DNA of 64,000 bases from Gemmatimonadota bacterium. GTDB lineage: Bacteria > Gemmatimonadota > Gemmatimonadetes > Longimicrobiales > Gaopeijiaceae. The stretch lies in the NCBI GenBank assembly GCA_039589315.1, contig JBDHHQ010000053.1, forward strand, positions 1-64,000. The letters run 5' to 3'. Below are positions 47,460-57,432 of the stretch, in pieces. Every line of letters begins with the position of its first letter. Positions within the stretch are counted from its first letter, which is position 1. The notes beneath the pieces are model-generated. The model saw nothing but the letters and a program-made list of their open reading frames with translations, did no database searches and was not told where the DNA came from. A program made the translations under genes and the position numbers.

Positions 47460-49934
47460 ATGCCGGCCCTGAAGACCCGGTCCGGGCACCCTGCCGCCGG
47501 GGCGCTCGCCCTGGGTCTTCTCCTGCTCGCCAGCTCACTGGCGGGACAGGATTCGGCGACCGCGGCCGGCGACACGGCTCGAGTCGGGGCCTCCGACGGC
47601 ACCGCCCGGATCCTCCCCCCGCCGGAGCGGAACGGCCCACTCCCCACCATCGGACCGCCGCAGGATTCGACCGCGCTCATGGCGCCCACCGAGGAGCCCT
47701 CTCCCGCACAGGCGTCCCGGTTCCAGGGAGTCGGGGCAGACTGGACTGGGCGAATCGATGCCCATCGTGCCGGCATCGACGACGGCTCCGTGAGCTCCAC
47801 GGTGGGAGGACCCCTTCTCGACTCGCTCGCCGCCGTCATCGACGCGGTCGAGACCGGGCTCGCTACGGCGCTCAGGGCGCGCGACGCCAACGTCTCGGGA
47901 CCGGTGGACAGCGAGCTCCTTACGCTCCACCGGGCGAGGGAGTCGCTTCTGGTGGTGCTGGACGACACTACGCGGGCCCGGCTGTTCGCATTCGGAGCGG
48001 ATGGGGCCCGGGCCGTGGGACAGGAGCTCAGGTTCTTTTGGCTTCACAGCCGCCACGAAACCGTCGCCATGGGGTCAACGACTCGGGGCGTCGTCGCCCA
48101 GTTCCTGGCCGCGCCTCTCGGTTGGATCCCGGAGTTCCTCAAGATCGCGCTGGCGCTCCTGCTCTTCCTGTGGTGGCGAGGGACGGGGGCAGAGGCCCTG
48201 GTGCGGTGGCGAAGACGGCTGTTGGAGATCCGGCCGATCCGCCGCCAGAACCTCCGCCTCGCCAAGAGCCTCTGGTACTTCGACCGGATCCGGGTCCCGC
48301 TTGAATGGCTGGTGCTGCTCACGGCCATCGTCACGGTCACGCCGGCACGAGACTTCGGCCCCGCCCTGTTCGTGTGGGCCGTCGCCAAGTGGATCCTCAT
48401 CGGTTGGACCGCCGTCCTGCTGGTCGATGCCATGGCGGCGAGGAGCGCGGCCGGCCGTCGCGGAGAGAGCGGCCTGCGTCGCCGATCCCTATGGATCCTC
48501 TGCTGGTGGATCGTGGCGTACGGGCTCGGCCGGCAGCTGGTGCACGACTTCTTCGGCCCGGGCGCTCTGTTCCATTGGGTAACGGCCATCCTTCTGGTGC
48601 TGCTGGGCCTGGTCGTGATTGTCCTGGTGTCGTGGTGGCGGGAGGAGGTGCCCGAGCGCCTGGACACGCTGGCCCAACGGCCTCGATTCCTCGACGCGCT
48701 TCTGACCCATCGGAGCGGTCTGCGAAGTTACCTGACGAGCTTCCTGGGCGGATGCTACCTGCTCTTCGACGGAACCCGCGGAACGATCGTGCGCGTGCTC
48801 GCCCGGTCCGACCTGGGCCGCCGCACGCTTGCCCACCTCACACGGTCCGAGCTGGCCAAGCAGGCGCTCAAGGAGGAGGGAGCCATCGAAGGAGAGGCCC
48901 TCCCCGACCCGGTCCGGCAGGCCCTGCTGGACGGCGACCGGGCCACGCTGATCGACAAGGCCACGCGGAAGACGGTCGCGGAGCTGGTGCGCCTCCTGGA
49001 GTCCGGTGCCGGGACGACCGCCGCCCTGGTGGGAGAGCGGGGCTCGGGTAAGAGCTCCACGGTGCGCCGCGTGATGGAGAAGCTCGACCGGAAGGCGATG
49101 CTCGTGCAGTGTCCCTTCGGGAGCTACGACGAGCTTGCCAGGATCATCGCGGACAGGCTCCAGGTGCCCTGGGACTCGGAGACGGGGCGCCTGGCCGAGG
49201 CCCTGCGCTCCTCGGACACGGATATGGTGATCGTGGATGACGTGCATCGGCTCGCCCGTCCGGTCATCGGAGGAGTGGTCGAGATCGATCGTCTGCGGAG
49301 CCTGATCCGCGACACGGGCGACGACGTCTCCTGGATGCTCACGTTGGACTCGGCCGCCTGGGAATACGTGCGCCGCTTCAGGGAGACGGAGCCGGTACAC
49401 AATCACGTCCTCAAGCTCGAGGAGTGGGGCGAGGAAGAGATCGGCCGGCTGGTGGAAGCGCGCACCAAGGCCGCAGGGGTCGAGCCGGACTTCGAGAAGC
49501 TCGTCCTGCCACGCCAGCTCGACGACAGCTCCTACGACAGCCTGGCCAGCCGCAACAAGGCTGGCTTCTACCGGATCCTCTGGGACGACTCGGGAGGCAA
49601 TCCCGAAGCTGCCCTCCGGATCTGGGCAGATTCCTTGCTGGTCGATTCGTCTGGAGCCGAGGTCGTGCGCTTGGCGCACCCACCCAAAGCCGCCGACCTG
49701 GAGGGCCAGTCGTCGACCGCCTTTTTCGTGCTGCGGACGCTGCTCCGACTGGAGACCGCGACCGCGGAGGACGTGGTGGCGTGCCTCCCCATCTCGTTCG
49801 AGGAGATCGAGGACACGCTCCTGTTCCTTCGGACAAAGGGCATCGTGGAGGAGTACGACGGGCGTCTCTCGGTCGGTTGGACGTGGGACCGGGCCGTGCG
49901 GCGGGCCCTGTCCCGCCGAAACATGACCGCCTGA
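47460..49934 (+). CDS. Multi-TM membrane protein with C-terminal P-loop (AAA/STAND-like) ATPase
   Basis: Signal peptide, several TM helices, GERGSGKS, MVIVDD, SGGNP, winged-helix-like tail. Confidence 0.8.
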   Translation: MPALKTRSGHPAAGALALGLLLLASSLAGQDSATAAGDTARVGASDGTARILPPPERNGPLPTIGPPQDSTALMAPTEEPSPAQASRFQGVGADWTGRIDAHRAGIDDGSVSSTVGGPLLDSLAAVIDAVETGLATALRARDANVSGPVDSELLTLHRARESLLVVLDDTTRARLFAFGADGARAVGQELRFFWLHSRHETVAMGSTTRGVVAQFLAAPLGWIPEFLKIALALLLFLWWRGTGAEALVRWRRRLLEIRPIRRQNLRLAKSLWYFDRIRVPLEWLVLLTAIVTVTPARDFGPALFVWAVAKWILIGWTAVLLVDAMAARSAAGRRGESGLRRRSLWILCWWIVAYGLGRQLVHDFFGPGALFHWVTAILLVLLGLVVIVLVSWWREEVPERLDTLAQRPRFLDALLTHRSGLRSYLTSFLGGCYLLFDGTRGTIVRVLARSDLGRRTLAHLTRSELAKQALKEEGAIEGEALPDPVRQALLDGDRATLIDKATRKTVAELVRLLESGAGTTAALVGERGSGKSSTVRRVMEKLDRKAMLVQCPFGSYDELARIIADRLQVPWDSETGRLAEALRSSDTDMVIVDDVHRLARPVIGGVVEIDRLRSLIRDTGDDVSWMLTLDSAAWEYVRRFRETEPVHNHVLKLEEWGEEEIGRLVEARTKAAGVEPDFEKLVLPRQLDDSSYDSLASRNKAGFYRILWDDSGGNPEAALRIWADSLLVDSSGAEVVRLAHPPKAADLEGQSSTAFFVLRTLLRLETATAEDVVACLPISFEEIEDTLLFLRTKGIVEEYDGRLSVGWTWDRAVRRALSRRNMTA

Positions 49935-50056
49935 GCGACACACGAGGAAGCGATCCGACTCTGCCAGACCGATTGAAACGACCGCCCTCCCCTCTCGTCG
50001 CGTGGCGAGCGGCGATGGAGCGACGACGGATCCTTGGACCCCAGCTGGAGATCACC

Positions 50057-51034
50057 ATGAGCACATCGACCCCGAGGCGCTCTCGCAGTGACCCCTTCGC
50101 GCTCCTTCCGGTGCTGCATGGCACGCTGGCGGCTGCCTTCGCCGTCCTCGCGTGGAGCCACCCAGCCTCGGCTCAGACGGAAGCGTCGGAATCCGTCGAC
50201 GAGCCCATCCTCCAACTCGCCCGGCTGGTCCGCTGGGGCGGCGTCGCGACCTCGGTCGTCGTGATCGCGGTGGTGTACTTCGGCTTGGGCTTCATCGACC
50301 GCATCGTGAACGGTCTGGGGGAAACGTTCACGGACAAGCGGCTGACACTCCAGAAGAGCGCCACGTTCTTCCGGTTCGGCACCTACATCGCCACGTTCCT
50401 CGTGGTCTTCTTCCTCAGCTTCGAGGTCGACCAGCGGCTCCTGACCCTCATGGGCGGCACGGCGGCCGTGGCTCTCGGCTTCGCCCTGAAAGACCTGGTC
50501 GCATCGGTGGTGGCCGGGGTGATGATCATGATCGACCGCCCCTTCCAGGTGGGCGACCGTGTCCGGTTCGGCGGGGAGTACGGTGACATCACGAGCATCG
50601 GGCTCCGGTCCGTGCGTCTCCAGACGCTGGACGACAACACTGTGACCATCCCCAACAACAAGTTCCTGAGCGACCTCACGTCGTCGGGGAACTTCGGGGC
50701 ATTGGATATGATGATCACCATGGACTTCCACGTCGGGATCGAGGAAGACGTCGCCCTGGCCAAGGAGCTCGTCCGCCAGGCGGCCGCGACGAGTCGGTAC
50801 GTGTACCTGCCGAAGCCCGTCGCGATCACCGTGAAGCAGTTGATCGTCGAAAGCTACGTAGCGGTCCGGCTCAGGCTCAGGGCCTATGTACTGGATACCC
50901 AATACGAGAAGGCCTTCGAGACCGACGTTCACCTGAGGATTCTGAAGACCTTCAGGGAGCACGGCATTCGGCCCCCGGCCGTGCTCCACCGCGACCTGGC
51001 CACTGCCGCGCCGCAGATCCGGGCCGCGTCCTGA
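50057..51034 (+). CDS. Small-conductance mechanosensitive channel (MscS family)
   Basis: VALGFALKD, DRPFQVGDRV, GDITSIGLRSVRLQTLDDNTVTIPN. Confidence 0.92.
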   Translation: MSTSTPRRSRSDPFALLPVLHGTLAAAFAVLAWSHPASAQTEASESVDEPILQLARLVRWGGVATSVVVIAVVYFGLGFIDRIVNGLGETFTDKRLTLQKSATFFRFGTYIATFLVVFFLSFEVDQRLLTLMGGTAAVALGFALKDLVASVVAGVMIMIDRPFQVGDRVRFGGEYGDITSIGLRSVRLQTLDDNTVTIPNNKFLSDLTSSGNFGALDMMITMDFHVGIEEDVALAKELVRQAAATSRYVYLPKPVAITVKQLIVESYVAVRLRLRAYVLDTQYEKAFETDVHLRILKTFREHGIRPPAVLHRDLATAAPQIRAAS

Positions 51035-51069
51035 GGCGAACGTCCGATACGCTGACCCACCAAGAGCCG

Positions 51070-51984
51070 ATGAGCGCGCGTCGCCCCAACTTCTTGACGG
51101 GAAACCCCCTGGACCGGAGGGACGATCTCCGGCAGGACGAGGACGCCTTCGATCGGGTCCTCGCCGAGGCCTCCCACCGGATCGTGCCGGTGCGCCACGC
51201 CGAAAACCTGGTCCAGGGCGAGGACCCGGTGCACGCCACATTCGTGGGCGGCGAGCGCGCCCGGGAGCTTCTGACCGACGTGCCGACCGTGGCACTCCTG
51301 GGCGAGGCCGACGAGAGCCTCTACTGGCTGGCCGATGTGGACGAGGACACAGGTGCCCGGTTGGAGCTGGATCACGGCGCCCGCTTCGCGAGTCTCCGGT
51401 CCGTCAGCGCGCTGCTGGCCCCCGGCGCGGGGGCCATCCTGGTTCAGGCACGGGCGCTCTCCCACTTCCACCGGACCCACCGCTACTGCGGCCGCTGCGG
51501 CAACGCCCTGGTGTCCCGGGGACTCGGGAGCTGGCGCCGTTGCCCAGAGAACGCTTGCCGCCACATGGCGTTCCCGCGCACCGATCCTGCCATCATCGTG
51601 CGGCTGGCCCACGACGTCCGGTGCCTTCTGGTCAGGCAGCCCGGCTGGCGGCCCCGGCAGTTCGCCACGGTGGCCGGTTTCGTGGAGCCCGGGGAGTCGC
51701 TGGAGGAGGCGGTGACGCGGGAGATCAAGGAGGAGGTCGGCCTCGACACCGTGCGCGTGCACTACCATTCGTCCCAGCCGTGGCCCTTCCCGAGCTCCAT
51801 CATGATCGGATTCGACGCCGAGGTGCAGGGAGAGTTGGACCTCCGCTCGCACGAGATCGAGGAAGCCCGCTGGTTCACGCGCGCCGAGATGCGGGCCGCC
51901 GAGGCAACCGGCGAGATCCGCCTGCCATCGCCGTTTTCCATCTCCCGGCGCCTGATCGAGGATTGGCTGGAGGGGCACGGTTGA
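51070..51984 (+). CDS. nudC: NAD(H) diphosphatase NudC
   Basis: YCGRCG, FPRTDPAII, Nudix box AGFVEPGESLEEAVTREIKEEVG, SQPWPFPSS. Confidence 0.93.
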   Translation: MSARRPNFLTGNPLDRRDDLRQDEDAFDRVLAEASHRIVPVRHAENLVQGEDPVHATFVGGERARELLTDVPTVALLGEADESLYWLADVDEDTGARLELDHGARFASLRSVSALLAPGAGAILVQARALSHFHRTHRYCGRCGNALVSRGLGSWRRCPENACRHMAFPRTDPAIIVRLAHDVRCLLVRQPGWRPRQFATVAGFVEPGESLEEAVTREIKEEVGLDTVRVHYHSSQPWPFPSSIMIGFDAEVQGELDLRSHEIEEARWFTRAEMRAAEATGEIRLPSPFSISRRLIEDWLEGHG

Positions 51985-52051
51985 CACCTCGACCCAGCAG
52001 GAGCGCCGCGCCGGACGCCTCGGTGCCGCTCGGCTCGAAGAGACCCACGTC

Positions 52052-53602
52052 ATGACAGGCGAAGACGCGGCCGCCTTCGAAGCGGTGGTCGTGGGAGGAG
52101 GGCCCGCCGGCGCCGCGGCGTCGCGCCTTCTCTCGCTGTGGGGCCACCGGGTGCTGGTCCTGACTCGACGACCTCCCCAGGACCGACCCCTCCCCGTGTC
52201 GATCCCCCCGAGCAGCCGGAAGCTCCTCGACGTCCTGGGCGTGACTGAAGCCGTGGAGGACGCCGGCTTCCAGCGGAGCCGTGGCAATACCGTCTGGTGG
52301 GGAGAAGCCCCGACCCGGTGCGTGGACTTCCCCGACGGCAGCTCCGGTTTCCAGGTGCTGCTCGCGGAGCTGGAGGGGCTATTGCTGGAGGGATCGGCGG
52401 AGGCCGGGGCGGAGGTGCGCAGGGATGCGACGGTCCGCTCCGTGGACACCGGGTCCGGTCCCGCGCGGGTCACGTTCGAGTCACCCGACGGGTCGCCGGG
52501 CACGGCCGAGGCCACGCTCGTCCTGGATTGCTCCGGGCGGGCCGGAGTCGTGGCGGCCGGCTTCCGGATACATGACCACGCCAACGCCACGGTGGCGCTG
52601 TGCGGCCTCTGGCGCAGGCCCGGCGGATGGGGGCTGACCGACGAGACCCACACGCTGGTGGAGAGCTACCGGGACGGATGGGCCTGGTCCATCCCCACCG
52701 CCCCCGGCGTGCGTTTCGTGACGGTCATGGTGGATCCGCGCAGGACCGCTCTCTCCCGCGGTCAGGAGCGTGACCGCACCTACCTGGCCGAGCTGGACAA
52801 GACGGTGCGGATGCGGGACCTCGTGCAGGCAGCGCGGTTCGATGGCGACACCTGGGGGCACACGGCGTCCCAATACTGCGCGGAGCGGTACCAGGGCAAA
52901 TCCCACTTGCTCGTGGGCGACGCGGCTTCGTTCATCGACCCGCTGTCGTCGTTCGGGGTCAAGAAGGCCCTGGCGTCGGCGTGGCTGGCGGCCGTGGTGG
53001 CGAACACGGCCGCCCGGACCCCCTCGATGGCCGAGGCGGCGCGCGAGCTCTTCGACCGCCGTGAGCGGTACGTCTGGGACGCCTACCGGTCCCTGGCGGC
53101 GCGCTTCTACCGAGACGCCGCAAGGGCCCACGGTACTCCGTTCTGGTCGGCCCGGGCGGAGGCGCTACCTGCCTCCGCGGATGCTGCAACACCGCCGTCG
53201 GACGTCCCCTCCTTGGACGCCCCGGACCCCCTGGACGCCGGAGGAGAGCCGGACGTGGACGTCCTCCGCCAGGACCCGGCCGTACTCGCAGCCTTCGACG
53301 TGCTCCGGCGGACTCCCGAGATTCGGTTGCGGCTCGGTCGAGGCGTGCGCCGCGTCACCGGCGCCGCGGTACGGGGCCGCCTGGTCGTGCCCGAAGACCG
53401 GCTCGCCACGGACACGTTGCCCGGAGGCCTCCGGTACCTGCGCGGCGTCGACCTCCTGCAGGTCGTCGAGCAGGCGCCCGCTCATCATCAGGTACCCGAC
53501 CTCTGGGAAGCCTACTGCCGGTCGGCAGGACCGGTGATCCTGCCGGACTTTCTCGGGGTCCTGTCCGTGCTCCTGGCCCGGGGCATCCTGGTGAACGGCT
53601 GA
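52052..53602 (+). CDS. qhpG: FAD-dependent monooxygenase for CTQ biogenesis
   Basis: VVGGGPAG, DCSGR, GWAW, GDAASFIDPLSSFGV, small C-terminal helical domain; located at the head of the qhp cluster. Confidence 0.78.
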   Translation: MTGEDAAAFEAVVVGGGPAGAAASRLLSLWGHRVLVLTRRPPQDRPLPVSIPPSSRKLLDVLGVTEAVEDAGFQRSRGNTVWWGEAPTRCVDFPDGSSGFQVLLAELEGLLLEGSAEAGAEVRRDATVRSVDTGSGPARVTFESPDGSPGTAEATLVLDCSGRAGVVAAGFRIHDHANATVALCGLWRRPGGWGLTDETHTLVESYRDGWAWSIPTAPGVRFVTVMVDPRRTALSRGQERDRTYLAELDKTVRMRDLVQAARFDGDTWGHTASQYCAERYQGKSHLLVGDAASFIDPLSSFGVKKALASAWLAAVVANTAARTPSMAEAARELFDRRERYVWDAYRSLAARFYRDAARAHGTPFWSARAEALPASADAATPPSDVPSLDAPDPLDAGGEPDVDVLRQDPAVLAAFDVLRRTPEIRLRLGRGVRRVTGAAVRGRLVVPEDRLATDTLPGGLRYLRGVDLLQVVEQAPAHHQVPDLWEAYCRSAGPVILPDFLGVLSVLLARGILVNG

Positions 53603-53758
53603 CTCGGACCGGTTCCTGATGACCGGGTGGGAGGCGGACCGGTCCCGCAGACCTCGCCTCGCCCGCCCGAAGCTCTTTGTCTCGGCGCCGGCCCGATGCT
53701 ATTTGTAGGCTCGGCTTTTCGTGCGACCCCCGATGAACGAGGTGACGAGGACCCGCCC

Positions 53759-55498
53759 ATGAAACGAGGATCGCTCTGCTCCCTCCGCTCGATCCCGGCC
53801 CTGGCGCCGGCACTCCTCCTCGTCACCCTCCCCAACCCCGTCCGCGCTCAGGCTATCGAGACCCACCCCGCAGGCGGATACGCCATCGAGAACGAGACCC
53901 TGGTCGACCGCTGCTCCCGATGCCACAAGCAGGACGACGAGGGGCGCATGAGCCGGATCTCGTACCTGCGCAAGACGCCCGAGGGCTGGCAGACGTCGAT
54001 CCGTCGCATGGTCACGCTCAACGAGATTCGGCTCGGCCCGGACGAAGCGCGAGAGATCGTGAAGTACCTATCGGACCGGCAGGGACTCGCGCCGGAGGAG
54101 CTCCGCCCCGCCGTGTTCGAGGTGGAGCGCCGGCTGGTGGACTACAGCTACGAAGCCGATGCCGACGTGGAGCACACCTGCATCTCCTGCCATTCCATTG
54201 GCCGAGTCATGACCCAGCGGCGGACTGCCGAGGAGTGGGACCTGCTCATGGCCACTCACCGGGGCTACTACCCGCTGGTGGACTTCCAGGCCTTCCGCCG
54301 TCTCGGTCCCGCGCCGACGGAGCCCGGGCCCGACGGATCGCCGCCCGACACGCGCCACCCCATGGAGAAGGCGGTGGACCACTTCTCCCGGGTGTACCCG
54401 CTGGAGACGCCGGAATGGTCGGCGTGGGCGGCGACCATGCGCCCGCCCCGGCTCGAAGGAACGTGGACCGTGGCCGGACACCAGGCGGGTGTGGGGCCCG
54501 TGTTCGGCACCATGGAGGTGACGCGATCGGACGCGGGCCCCGACCGTTTCGCCACCCGCACCACCCTCCACTTCGCCGCCCAGGACCGCACGGCGGAGCG
54601 CTCGGGCGAAGCCACGGTCTACACTGGCCACCAGTGGCGCGGGCGCTCGTCGGTGGGAGGCGATGCCCAGCCGCTCCGGGAAGTCATGATGGTGGAGCGG
54701 GATTGGCAGGAGATGACGGGGCGGTGGTTCACGGGCGCCTATGACGAGATCGGCATCGACGTCACGCTCCGTCGGGCGGATGGCCCGGTGCTGGCGGGCG
54801 TCGAGCCCCGTGCCGTCCGCTCGGGGGCCCCGGGACAGTCCGTCACCGTCTACGGGGCCGGCTTCGCGGGGGACGTGGACGCGGCCGACTTCGACTTCGG
54901 GCCCGGGGTCGAGGTGACGCGGGTGGCCCGGGCGGCCCCCGACCGCATGACCCTCGAGTTGAGCGTCTCCGCCGAGGCTGCGGCCGGCCAGCGGGACCTG
55001 TTCGTCGGTACCGCGAGCCTAGGCGGCGCCCTGGCCGTGTACGACAGGGTCGACCGCATCGCAGTGGCACCGGCATGGGGGATGGCCCGGGTGGGCGGTG
55101 CCAACTTCCCCAGACAATACCAGCAGTTCGAGGCTGTGGCCTTCCACGACGGGCCGGACGGCGAGCCCGAGACGGACGACGACCTGGAGCTGGGCGTCGT
55201 GGAGGCCGAGTGGCACCTTGAGGAGTACGCCGCCACCTTCGGCGACGACGACGTCGATTTCGTGGGCGCCATCGATGACGCGGGCCTCTTCACGCCCGCC
55301 CTGGACGGCCCCAACCCCGACCGAGCCGGACGGCGCAACAACGTGGGCGACGCCTGGGCGGTGGCCACCTTCCGAAGCCACGACGGCCGTGACCTCGGCG
55401 CCCGAGCCCATCTGCTGGTGACAGTGCCCCTGTACGTCCGCTTCGACCCCTCCGACATGACCGGCGAGATGATCCGGCCCGGAGCCATGACCCGATGA
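53759..55498 (+). CDS. qhpA: Quinohemoprotein amine dehydrogenase alpha subunit (di-heme)
   Basis: Signal peptide, CSRCH and CISCH, RKTPEGW, YLSDRQGLAP, QRRT.EEW, ARVGG, GPNP.R...NNVG, LLVTV. Confidence 0.93.
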   Translation: MKRGSLCSLRSIPALAPALLLVTLPNPVRAQAIETHPAGGYAIENETLVDRCSRCHKQDDEGRMSRISYLRKTPEGWQTSIRRMVTLNEIRLGPDEAREIVKYLSDRQGLAPEELRPAVFEVERRLVDYSYEADADVEHTCISCHSIGRVMTQRRTAEEWDLLMATHRGYYPLVDFQAFRRLGPAPTEPGPDGSPPDTRHPMEKAVDHFSRVYPLETPEWSAWAATMRPPRLEGTWTVAGHQAGVGPVFGTMEVTRSDAGPDRFATRTTLHFAAQDRTAERSGEATVYTGHQWRGRSSVGGDAQPLREVMMVERDWQEMTGRWFTGAYDEIGIDVTLRRADGPVLAGVEPRAVRSGAPGQSVTVYGAGFAGDVDAADFDFGPGVEVTRVARAAPDRMTLELSVSAEAAAGQRDLFVGTASLGGALAVYDRVDRIAVAPAWGMARVGGANFPRQYQQFEAVAFHDGPDGEPETDDDLELGVVEAEWHLEEYAATFGDDDVDFVGAIDDAGLFTPALDGPNPDRAGRRNNVGDAWAVATFRSHDGRDLGARAHLLVTVPLYVRFDPSDMTGEMIRPGAMTR

Positions 55499-56946
55499 GC
55501 CAGATGACGCTCTCGCGCACGCATGCAGCCCCCCTGACCCCGGGCGAGTTCCACCGCTTCGACGCGGCGGGCCAGCCTTTCGTCTACCTCGTGCCCAGCG
55601 CGGGCGTGTTCCGCCTGGACGAGGCGTCGCTGGCGGTGTTGGACGCACTTGCCGAGGCGGACATGACCGCCGAGCAGATCACCGCCGCCCTCCAACCCAG
55701 GTTCGCGCCCGGCGCCGTGATCGACCGCATCGGCGAGCTGGAGGGGATTCGGGCGTTGGGGCCTGCGGGCGAATCGAACGGCCAGGTGCCGGACGTGCTC
55801 CCCCCCAAGGGATTCCCACTGACCACGATGGTCCTGAACGTCACCAGCAAGTGCAACCTGGCGTGTACCTACTGCTACGAATACGGCGAGGACGCCATCG
55901 TCGAGCAGAGCACGAAGCCCCGCTTCATGGACGACGAAACGGCCCGGGAGAGCGTGGACTTCATGTTCGCTCAGGCGGGCTCCAACCGGGTGGTGCACCT
56001 GACGTTCTTCGGCGGCGAGACGCTGCTCAACTTCAAGCTGCTGAAGGGCACGACCGAGTACGCCCGCCGACGGGCGGCCGACTGCGGCAAGCGCGTCGAG
56101 TTCAGCCTCACCACCAACGCCACGCTCCTCCGTCCAGAGATCATCGACTGGATCGTCGAGAACGAGGTGGGCGTGACGATCTCCATGGACGGGCCTCGGG
56201 AGGTCCAGGACGGACTTCGGGTGTTCCGGAACGGCATGGGCAGCTACGACGTGATCCTCCCCCGGATCCAGGAGCTGCAGCGGCGACACGAGAGTCGACC
56301 CATCGGCGCCCGCGTCACGTTGACCAGCCGGAACCTCGACGTGATCACCATCTACCGGCACCTGACCGAGCAGATCGGCTTCTGGGAGGTGGGATTCGCG
56401 CCGGTAACCACGGCCTCGTGCCGGGACTACGCCATCGAGGACGCGGGGTTCGACCGCATGTTGGGCCAGTTCAACGAGCTGGCGTACGAGTTCCTCGAGC
56501 ACGCGGCCACCGACCGGCACCACGGCTTCTCCAACGTGAAGGACACGCTGGAGGAGATCCACAAGGGCGTGAGCAAGGCGTACCCGTGCGGCGCCGGCCT
56601 GGGCCTCATGGGTGTGGCCACCGACGGCGACGTCGCCCTCTGCCACCGCTTCGCCGGCTCCGACGAGCACAAGATCGGCTCCGTGTCCGCCGGGATCGAC
56701 GTGGAGCGGCAGTACGAGTTCCTCGAGAAGCACCACATCAACGAGAAGACGGACTGCAGCAAGTGCTGGGCGCGCCCCCTGTGTGCCGGGGGCTGTTATC
56801 ACGAGGCCCACACTCGGTACGGTGACACCGCTGCCGCCAATCTCCACTACTGCGAGTGGATCCGGAGCTGGACCCACACGTGCCTGGAGATCTACGGCGA
56901 GCTGGCGGAGCGAAACCCCGACTTCCTCGCCCACTTCGATGCCTAG
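55495..56946 (+). CDS. qhpD: Radical SAM/SPASM QHNDH maturase (Cys-to-Asp/Glu thioethers)
   Basis: N-terminal RRE-like region, CNLACTYC, FFGGE, PCGAG, LCHRF, CSKCWARPLCAGGCYHE, HYC. Confidence 0.95.
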   Translation: MSQMTLSRTHAAPLTPGEFHRFDAAGQPFVYLVPSAGVFRLDEASLAVLDALAEADMTAEQITAALQPRFAPGAVIDRIGELEGIRALGPAGESNGQVPDVLPPKGFPLTTMVLNVTSKCNLACTYCYEYGEDAIVEQSTKPRFMDDETARESVDFMFAQAGSNRVVHLTFFGGETLLNFKLLKGTTEYARRRAADCGKRVEFSLTTNATLLRPEIIDWIVENEVGVTISMDGPREVQDGLRVFRNGMGSYDVILPRIQELQRRHESRPIGARVTLTSRNLDVITIYRHLTEQIGFWEVGFAPVTTASCRDYAIEDAGFDRMLGQFNELAYEFLEHAATDRHHGFSNVKDTLEEIHKGVSKAYPCGAGLGLMGVATDGDVALCHRFAGSDEHKIGSVSAGIDVERQYEFLEKHHINEKTDCSKCWARPLCAGGCYHEAHTRYGDTAAANLHYCEWIRSWTHTCLEIYGELAERNPDFLAHFDA

Positions 56947-57027
56947 GGGCCCGGGGTCGGTACGCTCCACCCGCCGACGTGACAGCACCGGAGAGGACCG
57001 GCGCGTAGCGATACCAAGGAGACCCAC

Positions 57028-57432
57028 GTGAAGCACCTGAAGCCCATCAACCGCAAGGCAAGCCGCATCGAGGCCCACCTGGCCCGGGACGCGTCCGGCG
57101 CCGCCGCGGCCGGCGAGCACCAGCCCGAGCCCCACGGCTCGCCCGGCGAAGAGAAGGACGTCGTTGCGCTGGGGGGCATCCTCCCGGAGGTCCCCGACTT
57201 CCCGCATATCCCCCTGGGGTGCTCGTTGGTGTTCTTCCCCGGTTGGGAGGCAGACGAGACGGGGGGGACCGCCGGGCTCTGCCAGCCGGTGGAGCGGGAT
57301 CTCTTCGACTGCCACCTGGCTTGCTTCTGGCCGGCGCACGTCCCGGATCAGCTCAACAGCAGCCCCGATTGGACGGGCAAGTGCGCGGCCGCCCAGAAGG
57401 ACTGGCGCAAGCTGGACCTGATCTTCCCATGA
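57028..57432 (+). CDS. qhpC: QHNDH gamma subunit precursor (CTQ-bearing)
   Basis: SD AAGGAG before GTG; MKHLKP.N leader; C-x8-E, CQP..RD, C..ACFWPA.VPD, DWRKL. Confidence 0.93.
   Translation: MKHLKPINRKASRIEAHLARDASGAAAAGEHQPEPHGSPGEEKDVVALGGILPEVPDFPHIPLGCSLVFFPGWEADETGGTAGLCQPVERDLFDCHLACFWPAHVPDQLNSSPDWTGKCAAAQKDWRKLDLIFP

Noticed and set aside
54850..57339. Long antisense or alternate-frame ORFs (829 aa here; also 4627-6480, 10742-12493, 44683-46398, 49568-51295, 50929-52653)
   Set aside because: They are shadows of well-supported genes in high-GC DNA and show no motifs.
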